Source: an uncultured cyanobacterium
GTDB lineage: Bacteria > Cyanobacteriota > Cyanobacteriia > Cyanobacteriales > Nostocaceae
NCBI GenBank assembly: GCA_963706595.1
Contig: OY970166.1
Span: 5,440,001-5,504,000, forward strand
Length of the DNA: 64,000 nucleotides
Direction of reading: 5' to 3'
Below, piece by piece: positions 42,504 to 53,311 of this stretch. The position numbers and the translations under genes are program-made. The notes beneath the pieces are model-generated. The model searched no databases, was not told where the DNA came from, and worked only from the letters and a program-made list of their open reading frames with translations. Each line of letters opens with the position of its first letter. Position 1 is the first letter of the stretch.

Positions 42504-43151
42504 ATGTTAACTGTTGCGTTACCCAAAGGGGAACTACTCAAAAATAGCATCCGCCTGCTGAAATCTGTAGGTTTGGATTTTAGCGCTTTTTTAGATTCAA
42601 GAACCCGCCAACTGCAAATTTCTGATGCTAGCGGACAAGCAAAGGGACTGTTAGTGCGGGGGCAAGATGTGCCTGTATATGTAGAATATGGTCAGGCACA
42701 GTTGGGAATTATTGGTTACGATGTGCTACGGGAGAAAAAGCCGCAAGTTGCACATTTAGTTGATTTACAGTTTGGTCATTGTCGAATGTCAGTGGCTGTA
42801 AAAGCATCTAGTGCCTATAAATCACCCTTAGATTTACCTCCTCATGGTCGAGTTGCTTCTAAGTATGTCAATTGCGCTCGTGAATATTTCCATAGTCTGG
42901 ATATACCTATAGAAATCGTACCCTTATATGGTTCTGTGGAGCTAGGTCCGATTACGGGAATGTCAGAAGCGATTGTGGATATAGTCTCTACTGGGCAGAC
43001 TTTGCGCGAAAATGGTTTAATTGAGATTACAACTTTGTATGAAAGTACGGCGCGTTTAATTGGTCATCCTCTGAGTTATCGTCTCAACACAGGTAACTTG
43101 CATCAATTCGTTGAGCAACTGCGCCAGGAAGCTTCTTTAACTGCCGTTTAA
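42504..43151 (+). CDS. hisG: ATP phosphoribosyltransferase, short form
   Basis: [21 protein letters not shown] and [14 protein letters not shown] motifs. Confidence 0.95.
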   Translation: MLTVALPKGELLKNSIRLLKSVGLDFSAFLDSRTRQLQISDASGQAKGLLVRGQDVPVYVEYGQAQLGIIGYDVLREKKPQVAHLVDLQFGHCRMSVAVKASSAYKSPLDLPPHGRVASKYVNCAREYFHSLDIPIEIVPLYGSVELGPITGMSEAIVDIVSTGQTLRENGLIEITTLYESTARLIGHPLSYRLNTGNLHQFVEQLRQEASLTAV

Positions 43152-43245
43152 CTCTAACAAAGCCTCCAGAATGATTTGGACATTCTGGAGTGGCGACCAG
43201 CGCCGCTCGAAGTTAGCCAAAAATTATCTTTTGCAAAATATCTAA

Positions 43246-44982
43246 ATGATCACAAAGATTGTACCCGCCGTTGTGGTACTGGGTCAAAACAGCGTGCCAG
43301 TAGCCCGCCAAATAATCAGCATTTTGCCAGGGGCGACATTATACGGTTTGGCAGGACGCACGTCTGGTGTTGATGTCACTTTCACGAATTTTGGTGACAC
43401 AGTGCGGGAGTTGTTCGCCGAAGGAACACCGTTAATTGGTATTTGCGCTGCTGGCATTCTCATCAGAACCATAGCACCAATGCTTTCCGATAAAAAACAA
43501 GAACCGCCAGTATTAGCCGTAGCTGAAGATGGTAGTGCTGTAGTTCCGCTTTTGGGGGGACTGAATGGCGTGAATGATTTGGCGCGACGCATTGCTGAGG
43601 TACTTAATGTTCAACCTGCAATCACCACCACAGGCGATATTCGCTTCCGGACAGCGTTATTATCTCCGCCGCCTGGATATCATTTAGCCAACCCAGATGA
43701 CGCAAAGAAATTTATCTCAGATTTATTAGCTGGGGCGCAAGTTAAGCTCGAAGGTTCAGCGCCTTGGTTGAGTAATAGTCAATTACCCATAGACCCCAAC
43801 GGTGATTTGACCATCCAGGTTACAGAAAGATTAGTGACTTCTGCACCCAACTGTCTAGTTTATCACCCAGCAACTATAGCGATTATCGCCATCAGTGATA
43901 CCCTTGATATAGCTTTAGTACAACAGCTGTTAGCAGATGCCGAACTTTCCCCCGCATCAGTAGCAGGGATATTTGCACCTATCACCCTAGCCACAAATCC
44001 AGCTATAAAAGCCATTACTAACGCCTTTAAAGTACCTACACGCTTCTTTACCTCAGATAAACTAGAAAATTTGATATCACAAGGTTATAGCCCCGCCCAA
44101 GCTATAGCCCTCACCGCAACTGGTTCGTCTCCCTTATCCTCCTCATCTCCCCACCTAGCACTCGCAATTGCTCCCACACCCATTGACCCCAACACTATCG
44201 GTCAAGCACAGGGACGGTTAGCAATTATTGGCACTGGGCCAGGTGGTTCACAGTGGATGTCTCCAGAGGTGACAGAAATACTCAAATCTGCAACTGATTT
44301 AGTGGGTTACAAAACATACATAAATTTAATTGGTTCTCTAGCTGATGGTAAACAACTGCACGAGTCCGACAACCGTGAAGAAATTGCACGGGCGACAATG
44401 GCGCTGGATTTGGCAGCAGAGGGGCGATATGTAGCAGTAGTTTCTTCTGGTGATCCTGGGATATATGCAATGGCTGCGGCTGTATTTGAGGTATGCGATC
44501 GCGAAGCGCTCCGTAGGAATCGCAACCCCAAACCGGAGTGGGATAGTATAGATATTCATGTTGCACCAGGGATATCAGCCATGCAAGCGGCGGCTGCAAG
44601 TATTGGTGCGCCTTTGGGACATGACTTCTGCGCGATATCACTGTCTGATATTTTAAAACCTTGGTCAATTATCGAACAACGCATTGCTGCGGCTGCTGAA
44701 GCTGACTTTGCGATCGCCTTTTATAATCCTGTGTCCAAAGAGCGCACTTGGCAACTAGCAGCAGCGAAAAATATTTTACTGCAACATAGAACACCAGACA
44801 CCCCAGTAGTATTAGCCAGAAATCTCGGCAGACCAGGGCAGATGGTGAAGGTAATCAAACTGAACGAATTAACACCAGATTCAGCCGATATGCGGACAGT
44901 GATTCTAGTTGGTTCCAGCCAAACCCGAACAATTCAGCGCAGTGATGGAACTGTTGCGGTTTATACGCCACGACGGTACTAG
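43246..44982 (+). CDS. cobJ: CbiG-CobJ fusion (precorrin-3B C17-methyltransferase)
   Basis: DKKQEPPVLAVAEDG (CbiG); VSSGDPGIY, HDFCAISLSD and YTPRRY (CobJ). Confidence 0.92.
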   Translation: MITKIVPAVVVLGQNSVPVARQIISILPGATLYGLAGRTSGVDVTFTNFGDTVRELFAEGTPLIGICAAGILIRTIAPMLSDKKQEPPVLAVAEDGSAVVPLLGGLNGVNDLARRIAEVLNVQPAITTTGDIRFRTALLSPPPGYHLANPDDAKKFISDLLAGAQVKLEGSAPWLSNSQLPIDPNGDLTIQVTERLVTSAPNCLVYHPATIAIIAISDTLDIALVQQLLADAELSPASVAGIFAPITLATNPAIKAITNAFKVPTRFFTSDKLENLISQGYSPAQAIALTATGSSPLSSSSPHLALAIAPTPIDPNTIGQAQGRLAIIGTGPGGSQWMSPEVTEILKSATDLVGYKTYINLIGSLADGKQLHESDNREEIARATMALDLAAEGRYVAVVSSGDPGIYAMAAAVFEVCDREALRRNRNPKPEWDSIDIHVAPGISAMQAAAASIGAPLGHDFCAISLSDILKPWSIIEQRIAAAAEADFAIAFYNPVSKERTWQLAAAKNILLQHRTPDTPVVLARNLGRPGQMVKVIKLNELTPDSADMRTVILVGSSQTRTIQRSDGTVAVYTPRRY

Positions 44983-45188
44983 GAATATAGCTTTTGCCAA
45001 TAGTTTTAGCACACAGCAGATTTGACAAAAGAATTACCAGATGACGAATTCACCACTTTTCCCACACAGAGCGAAAATATCGGATCATGACGTAGATTTT
45101 TATGGTCATTTATATCTTCATAGCCCATGATTAATCCATATACATCTTATTCTTATCATTGTTATTCCCTACTACTAAGTCTTGGAGT

Positions 45189-45229
45189 GTTAACCTCGTA
45201 ATGGCGTGATTCATCATTACGAGGTTAAC
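45189..45229. terminator. 15-bp-stem hairpin between convergent cobJ and the cluster's last gene
   Basis: GTTAACCTCGTAATG / CATTACGAGGTTAAC. Confidence 0.65.
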
Positions 45230-45289
45230 TGTCGTACTGTTTTCTTCTGCAAAGCCACTAAGACTCTGAAGCCGTTACACTGTTATTTC

Positions 45290-48085
45290 CTACTCAGGGT
45301 TTTTTCCTTGAGCAGTGTAATCTCCATGTTGTTGGATTAGTTTTGCCACTACTCCTGTCCAACCTGTTTGATGACTAGCCCCAATTCCCGCACCATTATC
45401 TCCATGAAAATATTCATAGAAGAGAATGTATTGATTCCAATTGGGGTCATCTTGAAACTTTTTAGTGCTTCCATAAACAGGTCGCTCACTTTGACCTTCT
45501 GTTTTTGGCAAGAAAATATTGATCAATCTTTGAGAAATTTCAGTAGACACTTCCCAGAGGTTCATCATCTTGCCTGAACCAGTCGGATATTCTACTTTGA
45601 AATCATCTCCTAAATAACGATGAAATTTTTGGAGTGATTCAATAATCAAGAAATTCACAGGCATCCAAATCGGACCACGCCAATTAGAATTGCCACCAAA
45701 TAGACCAAATCTCGATTCTCCTGGTTCGTATTCTACTAAAGGTTGCTCGAAACTGCCATCTTCCATTCTGATTTTAAAAGGTAAGAGATAAGGATGGGGT
45801 GGCTCGTGTGATTTAGATAAAGCTCGAATGCCATATTGTCCTAAAAATTCAGATTCATCGAGCATTCTTTTGAGAATTAATTTCAGTCTTGCAGGGTTGA
45901 CTAGGGATAAAGCTAATCCTCCTTCCATGAAATTACTGGTTGTGTTATCGAAGTAAATATTCTGGTTTTCGGTCAAATCTTTACGGTTCTTGAGGAACCA
46001 ATCCGCCCTTTTTTTGAAGTCAGAAGTCAAATATTTGTCTAGTGTTTCCTGATCAATCGCTTCCACTGCAAATAGAGGAATAAGTCCTACCATAGAACGG
46101 ACTTTCATCGAGAAAGAAAAGGGATCATTTCCTCCCTCTATGGCATTAGCAGGAAGTTTCAAAATGTCATAGAAAAAGCCATCCTTATCATCCCAAACAT
46201 CAACATCATTTCCTCCCAGCTTGTTCAGAGCTTCGGCAATCAACAAAAAGTGCTGGAAGTATTTTGAGGCCATATCGTCATAAACTTTTGAATTTGTATG
46301 GGTTTTGGCTAACTCTGTTGCCATCTTCAACAAGTTGAGACAAAACATTCCCATCCAGCTAGTACCATCTGATTGCTCAATACTAGCACCGGCAATTTTC
46401 AAATTACTGCGGTCAAAAACCCCAATATTATCTAACCCCAGGAAACCGCCTCCAAACAGATTGTTTCCATCTACATCTTTGCGGTTTATCCACCAAGTAA
46501 AGTAGAGGGATAATTTCTGAAATAGTTGTTCGAGGAATCCTCCGTCTGCATTGCCATACATTTTCTCTTCTATTTTATAAACCCGCCAAGCTGCCCAGGC
46601 ATGAACTGGAGGATTTACGTCGCTAAAGTTCCACTCATAGGCTGGTATTTGACCGTTAGGGTGCATAAACCATTCTCTGGTGAAGAGATATAATTGCTTT
46701 TTAGCAAATTCTGGGTCAATTAAGGCTAGAGGGATGGTGTGAAATGCCAAGTCCCAAGCAGCAAACCAAGGATATTCCCATTTGTCAGGCATGGAGATGA
46801 TATCTTCGTTAAACAGGTGAGTCCACTCACTGTTTCTACCAGAGTTTTTGCGTTGCGCTGGTGGTGGTGCGCCTGGGTCGCCATTGATCCAATCTTGCAC
46901 AACATAGTGGAAAAATTGCTTACTCCATAACATCCCTGCAAAGGCTTGTCGTTGGACGTTACGCATTTCAACTGGTAATTCTTCGCTGGGGGTGACTGCT
47001 TGATAGAATTGATCCGCCTCATTTTTGCGTTGTTCAAATACTGACCCAAATTCACTACCAAAGGGTGTTGCTAAATCGTCAATATCACTGAGGCGGAGTC
47101 GCACGATTTTGGTTTCCCCAGGGGCAAGATTTAAGCGATAATGGGGTGAAACTTTGGTTCCTTGTGGATGAGGATTTACTGCACCTGTTTTACCATTAAC
47201 AATATAATCGTTAATGCCATCTTTGACGTAAGAATCATTCTTTCCCCATCCAAACTTTTCTTTATTGGTTTCGTTTTCCGTGTACAGCATGGCATTGGGG
47301 GTTTCGCAATAAAGCCATTTCTTGACCTCCGGTTGCGCTGATTTCAGGTCAGTAAATTGAGCTTTAACTACCTTAAAATCTCCACTAGAGTTAACGCTTT
47401 CCAGGGAGGGTTTACCTTCCTCTGTGGGTCCCCAAGACCAAGTGTTACGAAACCAAAGAGTCGGTGCTAGATGCAACTCTTTAGCTTCTGGACCATGATT
47501 AACAACCGTGATTTGAATCAAGATATCTTCGGGAGAATTTTTGGCATATTCGACGAAAACATCAAAATAGCGGTTATCGTCAAATATCCCTGTATCCATC
47601 AACTCAAATTCAAAGGCGCGAGAATCTTGGGCTTTGCGGCGACCATTTTCCTTGACTAATTGTTCATAGGGAAAGGCATTATGGGGATATTTGTACAGCC
47701 CTTTCATGTAAGAGTGGGTGGGGGTACTATCCAAATAAAAGTAATACTCTTTGACATCTTCTCCGTGATTTCCCTCACTATTTGTTAATCCAAATAGCCT
47801 TTCTTTGAGGATGGCATCTTTTCCATTCCAGAGAGCGATCGCAAAACAAAGACGTTGGTGATTATCAGAAATCCCCATAATCCCATCCTCACCCCAGCGA
47901 TAGGTACGGGAACGAGATTGATCATGGGAAAAATAGTCCCAAGCGTTACCATCAGCACTATAATCTTCTCGCACTGTTCCCCATTGGCGATCGCTTAAAT
48001 AAGGACCCCACTGTTTCCAGTGTTTCTCCCGGTTGCTATCTTCAACGAGTCTTTTTCTTTCGACTGTGTCTTGAATTTTAATCAT
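45290..48085 (-). CDS. GH63-like (MGH1) glucosidase
   Basis: [40 protein letters not shown] and GASHQTGWT motifs. Confidence 0.88.
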   Translation of the reverse strand: MIKIQDTVERKRLVEDSNREKHWKQWGPYLSDRQWGTVREDYSADGNAWDYFSHDQSRSRTYRWGEDGIMGISDNHQRLCFAIALWNGKDAILKERLFGLTNSEGNHGEDVKEYYFYLDSTPTHSYMKGLYKYPHNAFPYEQLVKENGRRKAQDSRAFEFELMDTGIFDDNRYFDVFVEYAKNSPEDILIQITVVNHGPEAKELHLAPTLWFRNTWSWGPTEEGKPSLESVNSSGDFKVVKAQFTDLKSAQPEVKKWLYCETPNAMLYTENETNKEKFGWGKNDSYVKDGINDYIVNGKTGAVNPHPQGTKVSPHYRLNLAPGETKIVRLRLSDIDDLATPFGSEFGSVFEQRKNEADQFYQAVTPSEELPVEMRNVQRQAFAGMLWSKQFFHYVVQDWINGDPGAPPPAQRKNSGRNSEWTHLFNEDIISMPDKWEYPWFAAWDLAFHTIPLALIDPEFAKKQLYLFTREWFMHPNGQIPAYEWNFSDVNPPVHAWAAWRVYKIEEKMYGNADGGFLEQLFQKLSLYFTWWINRKDVDGNNLFGGGFLGLDNIGVFDRSNLKIAGASIEQSDGTSWMGMFCLNLLKMATELAKTHTNSKVYDDMASKYFQHFLLIAEALNKLGGNDVDVWDDKDGFFYDILKLPANAIEGGNDPFSFSMKVRSMVGLIPLFAVEAIDQETLDKYLTSDFKKRADWFLKNRKDLTENQNIYFDNTTSNFMEGGLALSLVNPARLKLILKRMLDESEFLGQYGIRALSKSHEPPHPYLLPFKIRMEDGSFEQPLVEYEPGESRFGLFGGNSNWRGPIWMPVNFLIIESLQKFHRYLGDDFKVEYPTGSGKMMNLWEVSTEISQRLINIFLPKTEGQSERPVYGSTKKFQDDPNWNQYILFYEYFHGDNGAGIGASHQTGWTGVVAKLIQQHGDYTAQGKNPE

Positions 48086-48148
48086 GATTTTTGGCAATTT
48101 AATAAATGAACTGTTGGCAATAATAGTCTTAATTAGCTAGAGAAATCT

Positions 48149-49582
48149 CTAATCTAAACTCGTCAGAAAACTAATACTAGGAGCGAAGAAATATTCTCCA
48201 CCTTTCATTTTCACCCATAGCTCAAAATGATACTCCTTAGTTTCCTTTTCACCCCATTTTGTTGGCCATTTTGATACTACAGTTTTTGGATCACCCTTTG
48301 GTTTTCCTGGCTGACCAATTACCGGATCAAGTCCTACCCCAACATCAACAAAACGATCAGGATTTGCCCATCTTGACTGCATAAAATTAAATTGGTTTTC
48401 AATATCTGCTTGGAAACAAAGAAACAATAATCCTGAACCCTCTGTCGGTTTTGCAGTGGGATCATGTTCTCCATAACTCACTGCCCGTCGGGCAATGCGA
48501 TGATCTCTTTCTATCCTTAAAGCTTCATCAAATTCAGGAGCAGATTCAACCCGTCCTGTATCACCACGCGGGTTTGTTTTGCGAATATGGGCATGAAATG
48601 GACATTTTGTAGCTGCTATATCCTGATCATAATTAAAGATATTAGTTGGAGTTACAGCATAGGTAGGAATATCTGATTTAGTCACAGGAGTTCCATCCGC
48701 AAACCGACCCATCACCAAAGCCCCTGCCAAATCATTTTTGATGTTTAAAGTTTCAGCAAGTTTCTGTTGATCCTCATGAAATGCTTTAACATTTTGTTCG
48801 AGTTTTCGGTAAACTAAATAGCTACCATAACTATCCTCGGTTTTCCCATTGTAATCTTTAACGAGAATGATATCTAAAGAAGCTCTAGGGTCCCATTGAC
48901 TGAAATTGCAATCATTGGTTTGCGCTCTCATAATGTCTCGTTTGATAAATAAAGGCTGACTGACTCCATCCACAAACCCAAAATGTTCAATTATTTGTCC
49001 TGCTTTATTTCTGAGAATAAAGCCATCTTCTCGGTGAATAATCACAGCAACTTGACGCAAACTTTGAGAAATTTTATTGACGGTTTGCAACAAATTAATC
49101 AAGTTATCATCAGCAATCAATAGTAAGGCATGGATATCTTTTTGAAATCCTGCTTCCCAGTCTTCAACCTCCGGATCTTTTAAAAAATCTTGCCTGATTT
49201 GCTCGTTTTTCATCCCCATAGTAAAGGGCTGATCTTTCGGCACTTGAAAAGGCTTAAATCCTAAAGCCTCATAACCACGACGAGTTAGTAAAAAGTTAGC
49301 AAAAACCTTGCCGGAAATGCCTTCTTGTCGGTAGCATAAAGCCTCATCTGCTTGCTGTTTAGCTGATGTTACATAACATTTAGTAAAGGTTTGTATCCAG
49401 TTCTTAGCTTCAGCAACTTGTTCCGATTTCCATTCTAAAAAGAGATGCACACTGTAATCTCGTCCATGTCCTTTTAAAATGTTTCCCTGTAAGTCTTGCA
49501 GAAGTCCTTGATACTTGCCCGCATTTTCTGGATCAATTCCAGTTTCTGGAAGATTTTTTAAGTCTTCTTCTGTTAGTGCCAC
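48149..49582 (-). CDS. DyP-type heme peroxidase (AnaPX-like)
   Basis: FGFVDG (GxxDG), AHIRKTNPR, IARR and GGEYFFAPS motifs; GTG start after AAGGTGG. Confidence 0.92.
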   Translation of the reverse strand: MALTEEDLKNLPETGIDPENAGKYQGLLQDLQGNILKGHGRDYSVHLFLEWKSEQVAEAKNWIQTFTKCYVTSAKQQADEALCYRQEGISGKVFANFLLTRRGYEALGFKPFQVPKDQPFTMGMKNEQIRQDFLKDPEVEDWEAGFQKDIHALLLIADDNLINLLQTVNKISQSLRQVAVIIHREDGFILRNKAGQIIEHFGFVDGVSQPLFIKRDIMRAQTNDCNFSQWDPRASLDIILVKDYNGKTEDSYGSYLVYRKLEQNVKAFHEDQQKLAETLNIKNDLAGALVMGRFADGTPVTKSDIPTYAVTPTNIFNYDQDIAATKCPFHAHIRKTNPRGDTGRVESAPEFDEALRIERDHRIARRAVSYGEHDPTAKPTEGSGLLFLCFQADIENQFNFMQSRWANPDRFVDVGVGLDPVIGQPGKPKGDPKTVVSKWPTKWGEKETKEYHFELWVKMKGGEYFFAPSISFLTSLD

Positions 49583-49610
49583 AAATTTCCACCTTTTTGA
49601 TGACTGTTTT

Positions 49611-51566
49611 TTATCCAGCTTGAAGTTTGACAATTTTGGCTTTAGCAGGTTTGCCTATGTCATTGAGATAAAACATCATGTAGTATCCAGGAGGATAGAG
49701 ATTAGCGTTGTCAGGTGCTGTAAATTCCACTAATGAACTATCATCCGAGACCTTAGTGGGCAATTCTGCTAACCGTTGTCCATAATCAAAAGAATGGGTA
49801 ACAGCCCCCAATTTGGCAAGTACCAGCGATGGGTTTTTAGTGCCATTTTTCACCCTAATTGTCCCTGGTTTTCCATATTCAAGAGTGTCAGGAGCTTGAT
49901 TGATTTGAGGGCGATCGCCAGATTTAAAGAGATAGGGAGGACTAAAAATTTCTCCTTGCCAAATTTCCGCCGGCACAAAGGGTTCAGAATCTCCTTGAGC
50001 ATAATAATGTTGGGGATCTTTGTAAAAGGTGTCGAGATCAAATTCTTCAGGTTCTCCTGATTTATTGTGCAGCTTGGCAAAGGTAAAAAATGTTTGAGGA
50101 TCACCGAGAACATCCACACGAACTGTGCCGTCTTTTTTAAGTGCGGCTCGGTTGGCATTCCCACCCACAATTAACACACGGGCATCCGGTAGTAAAACAG
50201 CCCCATTATGGTACAGTCTGGGGAATTTGCCAGGGTTTAAGGACTTGGTTCTATAACCTGCGGTGGCCTTTTCATCTGGGGTCATGAGTAAGGGTTCGTA
50301 AACTGGCTGATATTCGGGATATCGCCCCCCATTAATCACTAAAATTTCTTTGGTGGGTAAAATGACGGCTTGGAGGTTAGCTCTGGGTTTATCGAGGAAA
50401 TGGTCAAATATTTCCCATTTACCAATCTTGTTATTACTTTTTTCAGTAGGTGCAATCCAATGTTGTAAACTGCTGGCTACCCTGACCTCTTTGGGAAATC
50501 CTGCTGTACTACCACCCCGTCCAAAACTGATATTGTTAGTACCGATAATGCCACCTAATAAAATGACATCTTCGGAATTAGGGACTTGTAGGGCAGTTCC
50601 ATAGGCTTTGTTGGTTTCTAAGCGATCTGGCCCTACTTCAAAACTAATGGAAATATTGCCATTATCTACTTCCTGAATACTCATTAAATAGCTTTTTTTA
50701 CTGAAATGGGGAACTGACACTCCGGCAATACCGGCTTCGTCTCCTGTAATCAGTAATCTGCCATCTTTTAAGGGAAACACGCGGGGATAAAGGTCAATGC
50801 TATCGTAAACGTCCTCACCTTCTACTTTGGTGTTGAAGGGACTGTTTTCAATCAGTCTGGGGTCAAAGTATTGGAGTTTCTCTGTTTTGGGATCGTAAAT
50901 TTCAATACTGGGGTTAATTTGGTTAGGTTTATCCCATTTTAAACCTGAAAAAATGACCACTTTCCCACTAGCGAGGGGAATTAAACTGGGATACCAACGT
51001 CCATCTTTTGTCTCCCCGATCGCTTTCCATTCTCCTGTTTGCCACTTGTACAGGTTAATCTGCTTGCTGCCGGTAAAAGCTCCACCTGGGTAATAACGTC
51101 CTGTTCCCCCGATGAATAGGACGTTACCATCGGCTAATTGAACATGACCCAGACAAAAGAGATCGTTAGTTGTCCCATTTTGTGAAGCTGGAGGTGAGGG
51201 AATACGTTCAAATTTTCCCGTTGCGGGGTCAAGTAAACCTGTATTATTGATGGCATTGTAGTTTTTTGGATCTACACCTTCTTTAAACTTATATTTTCCA
51301 TCTTCTTCAATGAGGGTGCTACGAAAACTACTACCATTGACCATTAAAACTTTGCCATTCGGTAGCACAATGGTATGGACAGACTGCATCCGATCTTCTG
51401 TCGGTGGCATGGGGATGGTTTTCCATTTTCCCATGGTTTCTTTGGGTCCCATCGCTGGACTGGCGATCGCTACATCCCAACCTAACAATGTTAGGCATAA
51501 GGACAGGAAAAACACCAAAAAAACTGAGACAATCTTGATGCCTTTGGGTAATGGTTTAACTATCAT
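49611..51566 (-). CDS. Exported AA5 copper radical oxidase (galactose oxidase/GlxA-like, kelch + DUF1929)
   Basis: N-terminal hydrophobic signal; DLFC, RWYP, LYPR, RLYH, VTHS and PPGYYM motifs. Confidence 0.88.
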   Translation of the reverse strand: MIVKPLPKGIKIVSVFLVFFLSLCLTLLGWDVAIASPAMGPKETMGKWKTIPMPPTEDRMQSVHTIVLPNGKVLMVNGSSFRSTLIEEDGKYKFKEGVDPKNYNAINNTGLLDPATGKFERIPSPPASQNGTTNDLFCLGHVQLADGNVLFIGGTGRYYPGGAFTGSKQINLYKWQTGEWKAIGETKDGRWYPSLIPLASGKVVIFSGLKWDKPNQINPSIEIYDPKTEKLQYFDPRLIENSPFNTKVEGEDVYDSIDLYPRVFPLKDGRLLITGDEAGIAGVSVPHFSKKSYLMSIQEVDNGNISISFEVGPDRLETNKAYGTALQVPNSEDVILLGGIIGTNNISFGRGGSTAGFPKEVRVASSLQHWIAPTEKSNNKIGKWEIFDHFLDKPRANLQAVILPTKEILVINGGRYPEYQPVYEPLLMTPDEKATAGYRTKSLNPGKFPRLYHNGAVLLPDARVLIVGGNANRAALKKDGTVRVDVLGDPQTFFTFAKLHNKSGEPEEFDLDTFYKDPQHYYAQGDSEPFVPAEIWQGEIFSPPYLFKSGDRPQINQAPDTLEYGKPGTIRVKNGTKNPSLVLAKLGAVTHSFDYGQRLAELPTKVSDDSSLVEFTAPDNANLYPPGYYMMFYLNDIGKPAKAKIVKLQAG

Positions 51567-51628
51567 GATAATCAAGTCTCTAAATCAGAATTTATGTCCA
51601 TAGCAAATAGTCATTTCCCTAATAAAAG

Positions 51629-52639
51629 TTAGCCATGCTTAAGAGCTTTTTTGATTTCCTTTTTGGTTGCTTGAATAGCTTTATCCGCAATATCGTAAGC
51701 ACTAGGATAGAAAGGATGGGGTTGATCTTCCCCTGGTATCCAAAATTTGCGTCGAGACAAGCGCAGAGAGTTAATAAATGGCGGAATAGCATTGAAAATT
51801 TCCACAGCAATTGGTCCTGTGTAAACTTCTAAAACTGGTTTGAGAAATGACTGCCAAGGTAGCCAACTGGTATGAAGTGCGCCACGATCAGGAGGTGAAA
51901 CTTGAATGTAATGTAGGCGGTTTTGTTTGGCTAAATCGGTAACTTGCTCTGAGAATTTTTCTGGTCCGTCTCCATCTAAGATTTCATGGGCGCTATCAAT
52001 GACAACCCCCACTTGTTTACTTTCTACGCCTTTGAGAAAGTTAATTACTTGAGATAATTTATTTGGTCCAGGAGTTTCCCAATGAGTAATAGGTTCAATT
52101 GCTAATTTGACCTTTTTTCCTTCAGCATATTTACCCAATTCATTAAGAACAGGTTGAGCATTTTGATAACGTACAGCTAAATGCTCCTGTAGTTGATCAC
52201 TCCAAATAGGATCATTAAAGTCTGTAGTTGGAAAAACACCATAGGGAATGACAATAGGACCCATCATAATTTCCCCTCCTAAAGCAGCCGTAATATCAAC
52301 TCTTGATTTCAGATATTCTAGGGCTTCTTGTCTTTGTTTGGGATAGGGAGAACTAGGATCAAAAGTTCTGGTTGCTCCAACATTGGTGGATATTTTAATA
52401 TCTGCTAAACCTTCGCCATCAAGATAGTGACGTAAATTTTGATAATTTTCCAAATCCTGGGCATAATTTTGAGGATTGGTTAAAGCAATGGGAAATTCAA
52501 ACCCAGTATAACCAAAATTCTTCAGTTCTTTGATATGTTTTACTACAGTTTTCCGATATTCTAAATTATCAGGGTTTAAATCTGTAGTAAACATGAAAAA
52601 GCTCAGGTAAATATTGGGCAAAGATGATGAGTTGTTCAT
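51629..52639 (-). CDS. Sugar phosphate isomerase/epimerase (xylose-isomerase-like TIM barrel, ketose 3-epimerase-like)
   Basis: LAIEPITHWE, IDSAH, DRG and AVEIF motifs. Confidence 0.8.
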   Translation of the reverse strand: MNNSSSLPNIYLSFFMFTTDLNPDNLEYRKTVVKHIKELKNFGYTGFEFPIALTNPQNYAQDLENYQNLRHYLDGEGLADIKISTNVGATRTFDPSSPYPKQRQEALEYLKSRVDITAALGGEIMMGPIVIPYGVFPTTDFNDPIWSDQLQEHLAVRYQNAQPVLNELGKYAEGKKVKLAIEPITHWETPGPNKLSQVINFLKGVESKQVGVVIDSAHEILDGDGPEKFSEQVTDLAKQNRLHYIQVSPPDRGALHTSWLPWQSFLKPVLEVYTGPIAVEIFNAIPPFINSLRLSRRKFWIPGEDQPHPFYPSAYDIADKAIQATKKEIKKALKHG

Positions 52640-52698
52640 TTTATTACGCTCCAAAAAACTCCCAGTAAACTTGAATTACAGTACGATATTTTCCCTGA

Positions 52699-52783
52699 TA
52701 TAGCGATTTTCATCCAAATGAGGTACACCGAAAAAAATTAACCGCAGATAAATTTGTCCCTCAGCAGACTAGAAAATGCTATA
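52699..52783. repeat. TATAGC...GCTATA-bounded element
   Basis: TATAGCGATTTTC / GAAAATGCTATA ends. Confidence 0.6.
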
Positions 52784-52795
52784 TCTCTGCAAGAA

Positions 52796-53188
52796 TTATA
52801 AAGGTTTCTTGTTCCAAATTTGACGGTCAATTTTCCAGATTCCTGCATCTTTTTTCATTAACCATAAAGCCCGAAATTTTACCTGTTTTGCCGGACTACC
52901 ATCATGAGGACAAATAGTTGCGATAGAGATCCCAATGACATAACCAAAATCACCCATCACTTCAATTTCATCGGCAGTAAAAATTGGATCAATATCTTGG
53001 GTTGCAATACTTTGGGCAAATCCTTCTACAATATCTCCCCTACCACAGCGATCATCTACATCCGGTGCCATCCAAAGTGCATCTTCGGTATACATATCAC
53101 TATAACCACAAAGATTTCTAGTTCTTACATTCTCGGCATAGGTTTCTTCAAACACTTTTCTGATTTCGTCTTTATCGTGAGAATACAT
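52796..53188 (-). CDS. SnoaL/NTF2-like (DUF4440) protein
   Basis: MYTEDALWMAP...GR, GDFGY and WKIDRQIWN motifs. Confidence 0.82.
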   Translation of the reverse strand: MYSHDKDEIRKVFEETYAENVRTRNLCGYSDMYTEDALWMAPDVDDRCGRGDIVEGFAQSIATQDIDPIFTADEIEVMGDFGYVIGISIATICPHDGSPAKQVKFRALWLMKKDAGIWKIDRQIWNKKPL

Positions 53189-53311
53189 ATCTAAACTCCT
53201 AATAATTGTTGTTGAGTTGTGTAGAAATAGTTGTCTTGGGCAGGAAAATTTACTATTTAATATTTACCAAAAGTCAGTAGATAAAATTTCCGACTTTTAG
53301 TAAATAAAAAA

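Noticed and set aside
42286..42510. 74-aa ORF upstream of hisG
   Set aside because: Overlaps TIR-bounded repeat elements; no coding signature
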